Shown here: positions 19,063 through 27,953 of the stretch, in pieces
Position numbering within the stretch: position 1 is the stretch's first letter
How the letters are laid out: every line of letters starts with the position of its first letter
Source of the DNA: a virus
Taxonomy: Duplodnaviria > Caudoviricetes
Length of the DNA: 64,000 bases
IMG/VR virus record: IMGVR_UViG_3300025867_000005
Reading direction: 5' to 3' (one strand)
Position numbers and translations under genes: made by a program
The notes under the pieces: generated by a model
Databases searched by the model: none
Seen by the model: the letters and a program-made list of their open reading frames with translations, nothing else
Told to the model about the DNA's origin: nothing

Positions 19063-19254
19063 TTACCAGCCGTTTGCTTTTGCAATGAAGTAAAACACAA
19101 CGGCGATCAAAACTGACAGTGGAAGGAATGTCGTTGACAGGACTTCCGCCTGTCTAGAATACTTTTCAAATCCTTCTTTTTCCGACAGGATTGACAGAAT
19201 AAGGACGATGGCAGAAACAACAAAAAACGGGATACAGACGACAAGCTTAATCAT
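19063..19254 (-). CDS. Small two-helix membrane protein
   Basis: MIKLVVCIPFFVVSAIVLILSIL...LPLSVLIAVVFYFIA; GAAGGA RBS. Confidence 0.55.
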   Translation of the reverse strand: MIKLVVCIPFFVVSAIVLILSILSEKEGFEKYSRQAEVLSTTFLPLSVLIAVVFYFIAKANGW

Positions 19255-19438
19255 TTTTTCCTTCTTTCCTGTTAAAACGTAGATATGATGCCGCAGTTGT
19301 TTCTCCGAAATCAAAAGCCCTGCCGCAATATTTCTTCGCGATTTTCCTTTTGACATCCGCTTCATCTACGGCTTCCCAAAAATCAAACATTCCGGTTTCG
19401 AAAACCGTACTCCAAAAATATCTCATTTCTTTATGCAT
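19247..19438 (-). CDS. Hypothetical protein
   Basis: 63-aa ORF tiled within the operon. Confidence 0.45.
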   Translation of the reverse strand: MHKEMRYFWSTVFETGMFDFWEAVDEADVKRKIAKKYCGRAFDFGETTAASYLRFNRKEGKND

Positions 19439-19492
19439 GTTTTACTTCCCGAGGATATCTGACAGGGTATCGCTGTCAAGCATTGGATCAGC

Positions 19493-19861
19493 CTACCGGT
19501 TTTGCCCCTGACAGGCATAGACATCTTTTTCACCATCGCTATGCCGGTATAGGATATATACGTTATTCGGATGCCGTTTACCAGAAACCTGTCCGATACA
19601 AGAACTCCCGATTTGAACATAAAGGAAGCGTCCGTCTTTCTTCATTGTCAGAGTCACTTCTCCACTGACTGCAACGCCGCCGCGATTCACGGATACGAAA
19701 TCCCCACGATCACGGGAGTTAGTCCAACCCCAAACCGCGAGATTGATACCTACGGCCTTAAGAAAGGCTTTGGTTTCACGCAAGAACTTATCCTTGGTGA
19801 AGTCATCATAGGAAACACAAGGGCCACATCCCCAATCTTTTGTCAAAGTCTTTGCATTCAT
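19493..19861 (-). CDS. Hypothetical protein (NRGGVAVSGEVTL motif)
   Basis: AGGAG RBS, own sigma70-type promoter. Confidence 0.6.
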   Translation of the reverse strand: MNAKTLTKDWGCGPCVSYDDFTKDKFLRETKAFLKAVGINLAVWGWTNSRDRGDFVSVNRGGVAVSGEVTLTMKKDGRFLYVQIGSSCIGQVSGKRHPNNVYILYRHSDGEKDVYACQGQNR

Positions 19862-19887
19862 TCTTTTCTCCTTGTTTGAATAAACAC

Positions 19888-19916
19888 AAGGTATCACAAA
19901 GAGATGGATTTGTCAA
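19888..19916 (-). promoter_or_regulatory. Sigma70-type promoter TTGACA-N17-TACCTT
   Basis: Perfect -35, 17-bp spacer, intergenic. Confidence 0.75.
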
Positions 19917-19922
19917 TAGGGA

Positions 19923-20177
19923 TTAAGAATCCTGTCCTAAGATTTCAAGAGTATAGATGCTTCCTTCTTCTGTACAGAAGGTAAGGATGTCATCTAAAAC
20001 ATCTGTTTCTGTCACCTTGGAAGTAGTTACGTACCTCGTAATCTCCAAACCCAAGACATTGCTTTTCATCGAAAAGCGTTTTCCGACAGACGGAAGGACT
20101 TCCGTTTCTCCTTCTACGGAAATAACAGGAAGATTTCCGTTCGTCTTTCCGTCAACAACCGTCAACTTAACTTTCAA
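19923..20177 (-). CDS. Hypothetical protein
   Basis: 84-aa ORF overlapping the upstream stop, AAGGA RBS. Confidence 0.55.
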   Translation of the reverse strand: MKVKLTVVDGKTNGNLPVISVEGETEVLPSVGKRFSMKSNVLGLEITRYVTTSKVTETDVLDDILTFCTEEGSIYTLEILGQDS

Positions 20178-20901
20178 TCAATTTGTCCTTTCTAAAACTG
20201 TACTTGTTAAACCCATGTGTCTCTGCTTTTAGGACATCGCTAATCTTTACGTCCTTCATGTCGGTAACAACCATGTCATTGCAGATGAAACGTTCAAGCA
20301 TCTGGAATGCAGTGAAGGCATCCATATACTTCGTGAAAAATTCAAAATCTTTCAGACACGGATTGAGATAAGCAACGTGGCAAAAGGTTCCATTTTCCAC
20401 AACCCGTTCAAATTCTTCCTTCTTACAATATGGAAGACAGCCAAAAATGACAATCGGGGTTCTGAAAAACAAACAAATATCTTTCGGAGGCAACCGCGTA
20501 AGAATTTTCCCGTTTAGATCAACCCTTTCCCAAATACGGTTTTGTGTGTCGAAATACGACTTCGGGAAACCATCTTGATAAAATTCACTCTTTGAAAAGT
20601 CTGCGAAATTGTAGAAACAGTGAGTCTCATACTGTCCAACGACATCGGAATTCGAATAGACATAACGACGAACCATGATCACTGGTATCTCAATACCACA
20701 GAAGAAAATCGTGAACATCGAAACTTCTTGCTCTGGAATTTTGATTTTCCAAAACCATGAATTTATCTGTTGCGGGTATGCCAAAGGATTCTTAACCGCT
20801 TGTTTATCACGCTGCCATGCCCTATTCCAGCTTTGATCGCTGAGATATGGATTCCTTGCATAGATGTCGTATCCGTCTTTGAATTTTGAAATGAGTTTCA
20901 T
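20167..20901 (-). CDS. Hypothetical phage protein (MKLISKFKDGYD...KAETHGFNKYSFR)
   Basis: Long ORF with its own promoter. Confidence 0.65.
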   Translation of the reverse strand: MKLISKFKDGYDIYARNPYLSDQSWNRAWQRDKQAVKNPLAYPQQINSWFWKIKIPEQEVSMFTIFFCGIEIPVIMVRRYVYSNSDVVGQYETHCFYNFADFSKSEFYQDGFPKSYFDTQNRIWERVDLNGKILTRLPPKDICLFFRTPIVIFGCLPYCKKEEFERVVENGTFCHVAYLNPCLKDFEFFTKYMDAFTAFQMLERFICNDMVVTDMKDVKISDVLKAETHGFNKYSFRKDKLIES

Positions 20902-20920
20902 TTTTTCTGCCTTTTTCTTT

Positions 20921-20949
20921 ACCATAATTTGTTATGGTAAAGATGTCAA
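20921..20949 (-). promoter_or_regulatory. Sigma70-type promoter TTGACA-N17-TATGGT
   Basis: Perfect -35, 17-bp spacer. Confidence 0.65.
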
Positions 20950-20959
20950 TTGGCATTCA

Positions 20960-21673
20960 TCAGATTTTCGCTTTTTGAAGGAAGTCTTCCCATTCCTTGA
21001 AATAAAAACCCCAATTCTTTTTAGCATATTCCGTTGTCATAAACCATTTCAACCAACGCAGATTCAAGACATCATTATTGACTTCAATGTATTTGGGATT
21101 GTGTTTAATATACGGCGCTCCTATGAGAAAGGCGTTTTCCGTTTCATGATTAAATTTTTCTTCAGGCGTAAGGAAATCTTCACAGCAGAAATTACCGTAA
21201 ATCTTCTTGACCTTTTCTGCGGCCTTTATAATGGATTTTTCAAAACTGCGGTTCCCGCCTTCCGGACCACTGAACATCCGCCAGTTTCTCCTGTCATAAA
21301 TTTCGAGGTAGTTGTCTTCAGATATGTGTGGGCCTTTCCAGATGAAGAAAGAAATTTCCCACCAGTATTCGACATGGTGGCTTTCCCACGGTTCGCCGAA
21401 AAGATCCGAATACTTGACATCTACGCTTGGACAAGCATCATCCTTTTCATATTCAGGAAGAAGGTGTTTAAACCGCTCCCAGTTCTTCTTTTGTCTAGGG
21501 TAAACGCTAATCCCGTCTTTAGCGGATTCAGTATATCCGTGTTTGCAGACATCATTCATTCCGAACCAGAAACCGGAACATATCGGATTGTCTGTTTCAC
21601 AAGCGAAAGCCGGATGGTTTTTCAAAAAATCAATGGCTTCTATCGCTTTCAATTTATCGGTTTTGTTGCTCAT
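20960..21673 (-). CDS. Hypothetical protein, Trp-rich
   Basis: GAGGG RBS before MSNKTDK. Confidence 0.65.
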   Translation of the reverse strand: MSNKTDKLKAIEAIDFLKNHPAFACETDNPICSGFWFGMNDVCKHGYTESAKDGISVYPRQKKNWERFKHLLPEYEKDDACPSVDVKYSDLFGEPWESHHVEYWWEISFFIWKGPHISEDNYLEIYDRRNWRMFSGPEGGNRSFEKSIIKAAEKVKKIYGNFCCEDFLTPEEKFNHETENAFLIGAPYIKHNPKYIEVNNDVLNLRWLKWFMTTEYAKKNWGFYFKEWEDFLQKAKI

Positions 21674-21686
21674 ATCATTCCCTCGT

Positions 21687-22574
21687 TTAAAAAATAAGGC
21701 TCGATTTTTCATCCCATTGTGAATAGAGTTTCATGTTAGGACGCAATACCAAATACTTATAGACACCCGACTTTTGATCTTTCGCCATGCAATCATTATC
21801 CACAACATAGCTGATTCCATCCAGACTATATTGAAGTTGTCCGTATTCCAAAACATTCAGAAGCTTTCCGTTTGCCTTGATATGGTCTTCAATCTTCTTC
21901 AGTTCAGATTCTATAGTCGCTTCTTTTTCTACCCATTTGGCTTGAGGAGTTCCTGGACATACGTAAAGTTTCCTGAAAGTGACCTGATCCGGTTGGAAAG
22001 TCTTAAGCTGCTGAAACATTGAATCACCGTCTTTATCGAAGTCGGAAAGAATTGACTTATTCATGTTTAGACTAAGCCGGAGATTAAAGCCGATGTCCTT
22101 TATTTGAGAAACCAAATCAGGAAGATTTACTTTAAGGTAATCCGGGCTGCAATTAATCTCGGCATTCCTGCCTGAATCTAAACTGGAAACTGAAAGAGAA
22201 ATCGTCGTAATTCCGTAGTCCTGTAAATACAGCAATCTGTCCCTATCTAAGCCGACCCCAGTCGTCTGAATTTCAATCCATTTAAAACTAGAAGGCAAAG
22301 CTTGGTTAATAATCGAGAACTTACGCAGGAACGGCATGTTCTGCTGAGGTTCGTTTTGACCGGTAAGCATAACGGTATTGCATCCGTTATCCCTTGCGAA
22401 TTCCATACGCTTTCTGAATTCACTTTCATACCGCTCCTGTTGAAATGGAGTCCCTGTCGGTGGGCACGGATAGTCTTCATGATGCATCTTGGAAACACAG
22501 AATCGACAAGCGTTTACACAACGCCGTTCACCTTCTGGAAGAGGTACACAAATACTAAGGCTTTGAATTTTCAT
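21687..22574 (-). CDS. Radical SAM protein of unknown substrate
   Basis: CVNACRFC (CxxxCxxC), MLTGQNEP, IEIQTTG and ISLSVSS motifs. Confidence 0.88.
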   Translation of the reverse strand: MKIQSLSICVPLPEGERRCVNACRFCVSKMHHEDYPCPPTGTPFQQERYESEFRKRMEFARDNGCNTVMLTGQNEPQQNMPFLRKFSIINQALPSSFKWIEIQTTGVGLDRDRLLYLQDYGITTISLSVSSLDSGRNAEINCSPDYLKVNLPDLVSQIKDIGFNLRLSLNMNKSILSDFDKDGDSMFQQLKTFQPDQVTFRKLYVCPGTPQAKWVEKEATIESELKKIEDHIKANGKLLNVLEYGQLQYSLDGISYVVDNDCMAKDQKSGVYKYLVLRPNMKLYSQWDEKSSLIF

Positions 22575-22780
22575 TATTTACCTGCTTTCACTGTATAAAA
22601 CGGAAACCAATCTATGTTACCGATCTTATCTGCTTGTTTTAGGAAGCCATCAACATCACAGGAATAGCATTCAAGAATCGCAACCAGCATCTCTGTGTAT
22701 TTTTCATAAATCGGATAACAACCATAGGAACCGAGTTCTCTGGTGTTAAAACGTTCATTCTTTTTTGTGTAATATTTCAT
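22574..22780 (-). CDS. Hypothetical protein
   Basis: 68-aa ORF between a promoter and the radical SAM gene. Confidence 0.5.
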   Translation of the reverse strand: MKYYTKKNERFNTRELGSYGCYPIYEKYTEMLVAILECYSCDVDGFLKQADKIGNIDWFPFYTVKAGK

Positions 22781-22813
22781 AACAAAAAACCCTCTTTGCG
22801 ATTAGATGTCAAT

Positions 22814-22842
22814 ACATTATCACAAAAGAGGGTTGTTGTCAA
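22814..22842 (-). promoter_or_regulatory. Sigma70-type promoter TTGACA-N17-TAATGT, overlapped by an inverted repeat
   Basis: Perfect -35. AACCCTCTTTGCGAT / ATCACAAAAGAGGGTT inverted repeat spans 22788-22834. Confidence 0.7.
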
Positions 22843-22852
22843 CTGTCTTGGT

Positions 22853-23077
22853 TCAAACTTTTGTTACGACAACGACAAAACTTGACTTCCCTTGAAAATC
22901 CATAACTTTGGAATCCCCAAAACAAGCGTAATCCGTCATACAGACATCCACGGTTTCACATAACCGATTCATTCTGTCTTCTGTAATTCCGTTATATCCT
23001 GAATTTGCTACTGTCATACAATACGTCCCGCGATACTCTGTATCCGACAGGGACTTTAGAAGGTTACTGAATTTCAT
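22853..23077 (-). CDS. Hypothetical protein
   Basis: AGGAG RBS upstream, 74 aa. Confidence 0.5.
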   Translation of the reverse strand: MKFSNLLKSLSDTEYRGTYCMTVANSGYNGITEDRMNRLCETVDVCMTDYACFGDSKVMDFQGKSSFVVVVTKV

Positions 23078-23103
23078 TGAATTTTAACTCCTTTTGGCTT
23101 AAA

Positions 23104-25494
23104 TCAATCGTTGTCGGGATCATCTGACATCATCACGATTTTCGGTTGAAAAATTCCACAAATCCCAACCAAATCCTTTTGCGCATCCATCACACCGGCA
23201 ACATCTTTATAGGCCATCGGGCATTCATCTAACCCACCATCAAGGAGTTCTACGCCTTTGGCATTAAGGAATTCCTGCATCTCCTTCTTCGAGAAAGTTT
23301 CCTTTGCCTGTTTTCTCGACATCGTGCGTCCGCTTCCGTGACTACAACTGCAAAGGCTGGCTTCATTTCCATTTCCTTTGACGTAGTATGAAGGCGTTCC
23401 CATACTTCCGCCGATTAAGGCTTCTTGGTTCAATTGGGCCTGAACCGCACCTTTTCGATGGACAATCACATCCATTTCCTTGCCATTGATAATGTGTTTT
23501 TCTTTCCAAGCGAAATTGTGATTCGTAAAAACGGTATAAGACGGACTCAATCCCAAGAATTTACTGATACGGTAATGAATCATTTCATGGCTCACTCTTG
23601 CGAAAGCCGCACACAATTCCATCGCCGCCCAATATTCTTTACCGCTATCGGTGTCCAAATCAAGCCACGCCCAACCATGAAAATCCTTGTTGTCAAAATT
23701 TTCGCAAGCGAGTTCATGGTAAAGTTTGGCGATCTTATATCCGACACCACGGCTACCGCTATGGCTAAGCAATGCAAGGTTAGGGATATCTCCGTCAATC
23801 ATTTCTGTAAGTGTTCCGAAGTCTACGAAGTGATTCCCGCTTCCCGAAGTACCGATCTGGTTTTCGGCGAGCTTTTTGATGTTGTATTTCTTCAACATCG
23901 GGATATCAGTCCACAGACTGCTTTCAAGAACTGTGGTTTCAAATCCACTGGGAATGAGGCCCTTCTTCTCATTCAATCCCACACCGAAGCAGGTCTGTTT
24001 CTGCAAAGCGTCCTTCATCTTCATTCTGAAAGCGTTATTCCTTTCAGGGAAACTTACTCCTTCGAACACTGACATTTTCATGCTACAATTATGCACAAAA
24101 ACGCCGCTCGCAAGCGCAAAATTATGGAAATCTTCAACTTCCAAACAGAATACATCTGATTTTCTGTCGATTTTATTTACAGAAATAACTTTGTGGTTGT
24201 TATGTTTATGCTTCTTGTGATTATATAAGCCGATATTGCTTTTAACAAGTTCTCCGCAAATATCACAAGCACGTAGTTTATTCGCAATTTCTTTCCGGAT
24301 AACTGACGCTCTTTCTGTTTGCAGGAATTCTTTTAAATACTTTTTTCCCCTTTGTCCGTTCCCACTGACAATTTCTTTGAATTCTACTGGGTGTTCTTTT
24401 TGGAACTTTAATGAATTTTCCCTCGCAATAGACTGTTTTTTAGCCTTAAATCTTTGATCATAAAACCCATCTTTTTTAAGCTTTTTTATTCTATTGTTTT
24501 TAAATTCTTTACTCCTAAGAAAATCGATTCTTTCTTTCGCATGTAAAGAAGAATGATCTTTAGTGGACATTATGCGTAAATTTTCTGGACGGTTATCATA
24601 TTGATTTCCATTTGCATGATGGATAACAAATCCTTTTTCAAGTTTTCCGTTATAAATTTCAGAAACAAAAGAATGTGTTCTTTGCGTTTTCTTTACATTA
24701 GGCTGATAGATGTATTCATATCCATCTCTATCTGAGTATGAACGATAAAATGGCATAAGGCTATCTTTATATACTAAGTTCTGCGCTTCTTTATACCTAC
24801 CGTCTCTTAGCATAAATAAGTGATCTGGCGTACAAACAATTTCTTCCCCTCCAGAAATTCTTACAGAAACTAGACTTGCATTCTCTTTCACCTTAAACGC
24901 TTTCGCCTTCGCCGGAACAATCATCCCGCTATTATTAATAGAATATACCCAAAAACTTTCAATTTCATTGGTCAATTCTTTAAAACTTTTCTGAGTCCCG
25001 TCTAGCATCGCGACTCTTGTTTCAGGAGGAAAACAGGAAATATCCACTCCTACGGCATTAGGAATAACTTGGTTTGCAGTAGCAAGGATTCCCCCAATCG
25101 GCAAAGAATAACCCTGATGCGCGTCACTAGAAAGGGCACCAGCAACGGCGACAGGTAGCCGCATAGCGGTAATCATCTGATCAATCGCACCCTGTTCAAT
25201 ATGTTCCTTGCCGAAGATATTGAAGGGGAGATTTTCATTCCTGAGTTGAATGTTCTTCTTCTCTTTTTCTTCTTTGTAATCGAAGAACACTTTCATCAAA
25301 TCCAAACTTGCCGGGCAATCTCCGTGACAAGTGTTGATTTTCTTAGGAAGTTTACCGCTAAGGAAGCCTTCACAGATTTGACGGATTCCTTGCTCTGTAA
25401 AATCTCCGTTTGTGTTGATAATCTTTAGAAGCCGTCCAAAATAAGAATCAGGAAGCATTCCCAACGTGATTAAAAAGTCGCCTTTGATCTTCAT
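23104..25494 (-). CDS. rtcB: RtcB RNA ligase interrupted by an intein
   Basis: DAHQGYSLPIGG, VGVDIS|C, GTSGSGNHF, HSGSRG, NHNFAW, HRKGA, GSMG, SHGSGR and DECPMAYK motifs. Confidence 0.95.
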   Translation of the reverse strand: MKIKGDFLITLGMLPDSYFGRLLKIINTNGDFTEQGIRQICEGFLSGKLPKKINTCHGDCPASLDLMKVFFDYKEEKEKKNIQLRNENLPFNIFGKEHIEQGAIDQMITAMRLPVAVAGALSSDAHQGYSLPIGGILATANQVIPNAVGVDISCFPPETRVAMLDGTQKSFKELTNEIESFWVYSINNSGMIVPAKAKAFKVKENASLVSVRISGGEEIVCTPDHLFMLRDGRYKEAQNLVYKDSLMPFYRSYSDRDGYEYIYQPNVKKTQRTHSFVSEIYNGKLEKGFVIHHANGNQYDNRPENLRIMSTKDHSSLHAKERIDFLRSKEFKNNRIKKLKKDGFYDQRFKAKKQSIARENSLKFQKEHPVEFKEIVSGNGQRGKKYLKEFLQTERASVIRKEIANKLRACDICGELVKSNIGLYNHKKHKHNNHKVISVNKIDRKSDVFCLEVEDFHNFALASGVFVHNCSMKMSVFEGVSFPERNNAFRMKMKDALQKQTCFGVGLNEKKGLIPSGFETTVLESSLWTDIPMLKKYNIKKLAENQIGTSGSGNHFVDFGTLTEMIDGDIPNLALLSHSGSRGVGYKIAKLYHELACENFDNKDFHGWAWLDLDTDSGKEYWAAMELCAAFARVSHEMIHYRISKFLGLSPSYTVFTNHNFAWKEKHIINGKEMDVIVHRKGAVQAQLNQEALIGGSMGTPSYYVKGNGNEASLCSCSHGSGRTMSRKQAKETFSKKEMQEFLNAKGVELLDGGLDECPMAYKDVAGVMDAQKDLVGICGIFQPKIVMMSDDPDND
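24088..25035 (-). mobile_element. Intein, 316 aa, with HNH homing endonuclease, inserted before the RtcB active-site Cys
   Basis: N-terminal CFPPETRV, block B CTPDHLF, C-terminal VFCLEVEDFHNFALASGVFVHN|C, internal HHANGNQYDNRPENL (HNH). Confidence 0.95.
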
Positions 25495-25522
25495 GTCTTT
25501 TATCTCCTTTGTTATGCCGTAT

Positions 25523-25551
25523 ACTATATAGAATTTTATCCTACTTGTCAA
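25523..25551 (-). promoter_or_regulatory. Sigma70-type promoter TTGACA-N17-TATAGT for rtcB
   Basis: Near-consensus boxes upstream of a GGAG RBS. Confidence 0.8.
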
Positions 25552-25738
25552 TACCGTCAAGACACAAATCAAGACTATCTCCCATTTTATAGAAAGATCG
25601 TCCGTTTTTATCCCACATCAGGTTCTTGATTCTGATTTTAGGGACTTCCTTGATAACAACCTGACCACGATAGGGATATTCTGTTTCTCCTTCTACCGTC
25701 CTGAAATTGATGACCCTTTTCCCTGATTTAGTTTGCAT
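25541..25738 (-). CDS. Hypothetical protein
   Basis: 65-aa ORF with GGGG RBS. Confidence 0.5.
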   Translation of the reverse strand: MQTKSGKRVINFRTVEGETEYPYRGQVVIKEVPKIRIKNLMWDKNGRSFYKMGDSLDLCLDGIDK

Positions 25739-25758
25739 CTTTTCCCCTAATAGGACAA

Positions 25759-25783
25759 GAAAACGGACATTGTGTCCGTTTTC
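25759..25783 (-). terminator. Probable intrinsic terminator
   Basis: GAAAACGGACA-ttg-TGTCCGTTTTC, an 11-bp stem downstream of the 174-aa gene. Confidence 0.55.
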
Positions 25784-25819
25784 CCGTTCCTTCTTTAATG
25801 TTTTCCGTCTATATGGACA

Positions 25820-26344
25820 TTATGCCTTGACACCGGCTTCCGCCTCAAACTTGACAACTTCTTCCTCTTCGAGATGAATCGCGGCGTCAAGCACGGCATC
25901 AGCGCCGTTGGCATCGCGGAACTTCTCTAGCTTGTCTGCGGTAGTCTTGACTTCCCAATTCTCCTTGCAGAGAATGCCAGCCGCCGTAAGAACAGCAATA
26001 GCCTTGGCAATGTCATTGGGGTTCTCGATTCCGATATTCCGCTTGACATCCAAGAGGCCGATGTAGTTGCCTCCAAGTACGCGGGCCTTCAGGTCCTCCG
26101 TTGCTTCAACCGTCACCTTACGGCGAAGGCTGAGAAGAACACTATCTTCTGTTCCCTTGACGGTAAGACGGGCGCTCTGGGCGGTTTCGGGGATCTTGAC
26201 GGTCTTATCAAGGATAGTCTCACGGAACTCCTTCTGTTCCTCCGACAGTTTGACAAGCTTACGCCCGATTTCACAACCCTTAACAACGGCATCCGCATAC
26301 TTGCCACTGACTGCGACTTCAACGACTTTCGCTTTCTTAGCCAT
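25820..26344 (-). CDS. Hypothetical Lys/Ala/Glu-rich early protein
   Basis: Monocistronic unit with its own promoter and terminator; GC-richer codons than its neighbours. Confidence 0.7.
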   Translation of the reverse strand: MAKKAKVVEVAVSGKYADAVVKGCEIGRKLVKLSEEQKEFRETILDKTVKIPETAQSARLTVKGTEDSVLLSLRRKVTVEATEDLKARVLGGNYIGLLDVKRNIGIENPNDIAKAIAVLTAAGILCKENWEVKTTADKLEKFRDANGADAVLDAAIHLEEEEVVKFEAEAGVKA

Positions 26345-26415
26345 ATTCTCACCAGACCTTTCTTAGGAACCATTTGGGGTTTATAAGAAACCCCTTTGGT
26401 TCTTTTGATACCGGT

Positions 26416-26444
26416 ACTTTAGCAAAGTTCGTTCACTTTGTCAA
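26416..26444 (-). promoter_or_regulatory. Sigma70-type promoter TTGACA-N17-TAAAGT
   Basis: Perfect -35, 17-bp spacer. Confidence 0.75.
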
Positions 26445-26495
26445 GTGGCAGAATCTTTTTTTCTCTAAAAAAGTGTTCGTCTATTCCTACTTGAA

Positions 26496-26633
26496 TTACG
26501 CACCACGTTCGTCTGCACGTTCATTGATAATGGCAAGCTGGCCGCAGGCCGCACCGGCCTCAACCTCGGCCTTCGTGGCAATCGCAACCGCATTGTCATA
26601 ACCAGCGTCTTCCAACTGTTTCTGAATCTTTTT
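26496..26633 (-). pseudogene. Orphan C-terminal fragment of an RlmN/Cfr-like radical SAM protein
   Basis: KIQKQLEDAGYDNAVAIATKAEVEAGAACGQLA contains the AACGQL signature; no CxxxCxxC upstream in frame. Confidence 0.55.
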
Positions 26634-26883
26634 CAATTTCTTTTTTCCATTTTGGGGCTTCTGTGACTGATGTGACGGCGAAAATAACCTCTCCTCCGGG
26701 GTTGTCATAGACGTTGTAATGATGCACGATACCGGCCTCAATTACAGAATCTTTAGGGAACATCGGAAGACATTCCTGAAGAGCATTTAAAGGAATTCCA
26801 GACTGTCCCGGAGTCGCACAAAGTAGCCATCCGTATTCGTATCTGACAATCTTATACAGTTCTTTCACTATTCTTTCCATTTC
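26596..26883 (-). CDS. Hypothetical protein
   Basis: ORF overlapping the end of coaC-M23; start uncertain. Confidence 0.5.
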   Translation of the reverse strand, partial: EMERIVKELYKIVRYEYGWLLCATPGQSGIPLNALQECLPMFPKDSVIEAGIVHHYNVYDNPGGEVIFAVTSVTEAPKWKKEIEKDSETVGRRWL

Positions 26884-27953
26884 TTTAAAATAAAGGGATT
26901 GATTCCCCATGATTTTATGAGCAACTGCGTAGGGTCAAGTAAAATATCCTTGTCTTGTTCGTAACTCTTACTTGCCGTCTTCTGCCCACATGGATACAGT
27001 TCGATATGAAGCATTGAAGTATTGTGGCCAGGAATATCAGGGCGTTCTTTTCCGGGTTTCAACACCCGCTTGACAGTGCCGATCAAAGCTCCGCAAGAGA
27101 CTTCCATTCCTACCTTAATCCCAAATGACGGTTCAATCTCACCATAGCATACGGTTCCGAATCTGTGTTGAATCAAAACGCATTTCGTGTCTTCCCACCA
27201 AGGGGAATCATCTCCTTTGCCCGTAAAATCTTCAATGCTTACCACGATTCCGGGTGCCATGCTATAAACAGGGGTATCGTTTTCGCAATACAAATCGACA
27301 CCGGTATGGGGTGAAAACTTGCGTTCCCCGAGGAAAGATCCGGGATGATTTTCCCCAATAGGGATACCCGCACAATCTTCAACGTCCATTGGGAAAGAAG
27401 GGGCAGTCCATTCGTCCACGATTTCTTTAATTGTGTCGATTTCCGCCAAGGCACCCATTCCCTTATCCCCACATGCCAAAACCTTTTCTTGTGGCGGAAC
27501 AAGTTTTACATTCCAGTTTTCAAGCTTTTTCAGGTGTTCATCCGTCTCGGGATGATCCCACATATAGGAATTCATTGCAGGTGCGACGATGACTGGCTTA
27601 TTCCTATGCCAAGCCCGATAGACACTAGAGGCCAGATCATCGCAAATTCCATTTGCCATTTTAGAAAGGAAGTCTGCACTTGCGATAACAAGCAAGACAT
27701 CATTGTTCTTAGCGATTTGAATATGCGGAATTTCATCTTCCTTGTTATAGCCGCCAATCGGAGGTCTCGGCCATTCGGAGTCATCGTCCAAGAAAGATTC
27801 AGCGAAAGGAGAACCGATCCCCTGTGGAGCGTAAAAATACTTTGCCTTCTTCGTAAAGACGGGGGTAACATTATAGTCACCACAAAAGGCTTTGTAGATT
27901 TTAGGAGCTAGTTTAGAAGCGACAGTTCCGGTAAAAACAATACAGATATTCAT
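26868..27953 (-). CDS. coaC: Phosphopantothenoylcysteine decarboxylase (CoaC, HFCD flavoprotein) fused to an M23-peptidase-like domain
   Basis: TGTVAS, IPHIQI, PAMNSYMW and LACGDKGMGAL, then HTGVDLY, PVYSMAPGIVV and MLHIELY. Confidence 0.85.
   Translation of the reverse strand: MNICIVFTGTVASKLAPKIYKAFCGDYNVTPVFTKKAKYFYAPQGIGSPFAESFLDDDSEWPRPPIGGYNKEDEIPHIQIAKNNDVLLVIASADFLSKMANGICDDLASSVYRAWHRNKPVIVAPAMNSYMWDHPETDEHLKKLENWNVKLVPPQEKVLACGDKGMGALAEIDTIKEIVDEWTAPSFPMDVEDCAGIPIGENHPGSFLGERKFSPHTGVDLYCENDTPVYSMAPGIVVSIEDFTGKGDDSPWWEDTKCVLIQHRFGTVCYGEIEPSFGIKVGMEVSCGALIGTVKRVLKPGKERPDIPGHNTSMLHIELYPCGQKTASKSYEQDKDILLDPTQLLIKSWGINPFILKKWKE

Noticed and set aside
21687-22574. Viperin, QueE or other specific radical SAM assignment
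   Set aside because: Only generic radical SAM motifs are visible and no pathway partners are adjacent.
26403-26410. TTTTGATA copies here and near 29128, 47772 and 61825 as late promoters
   Set aside because: They are not directly upstream of a + strand start or lie inside genes, and they lack the downstream TA box; chance hits are expected in AT-rich DNA.
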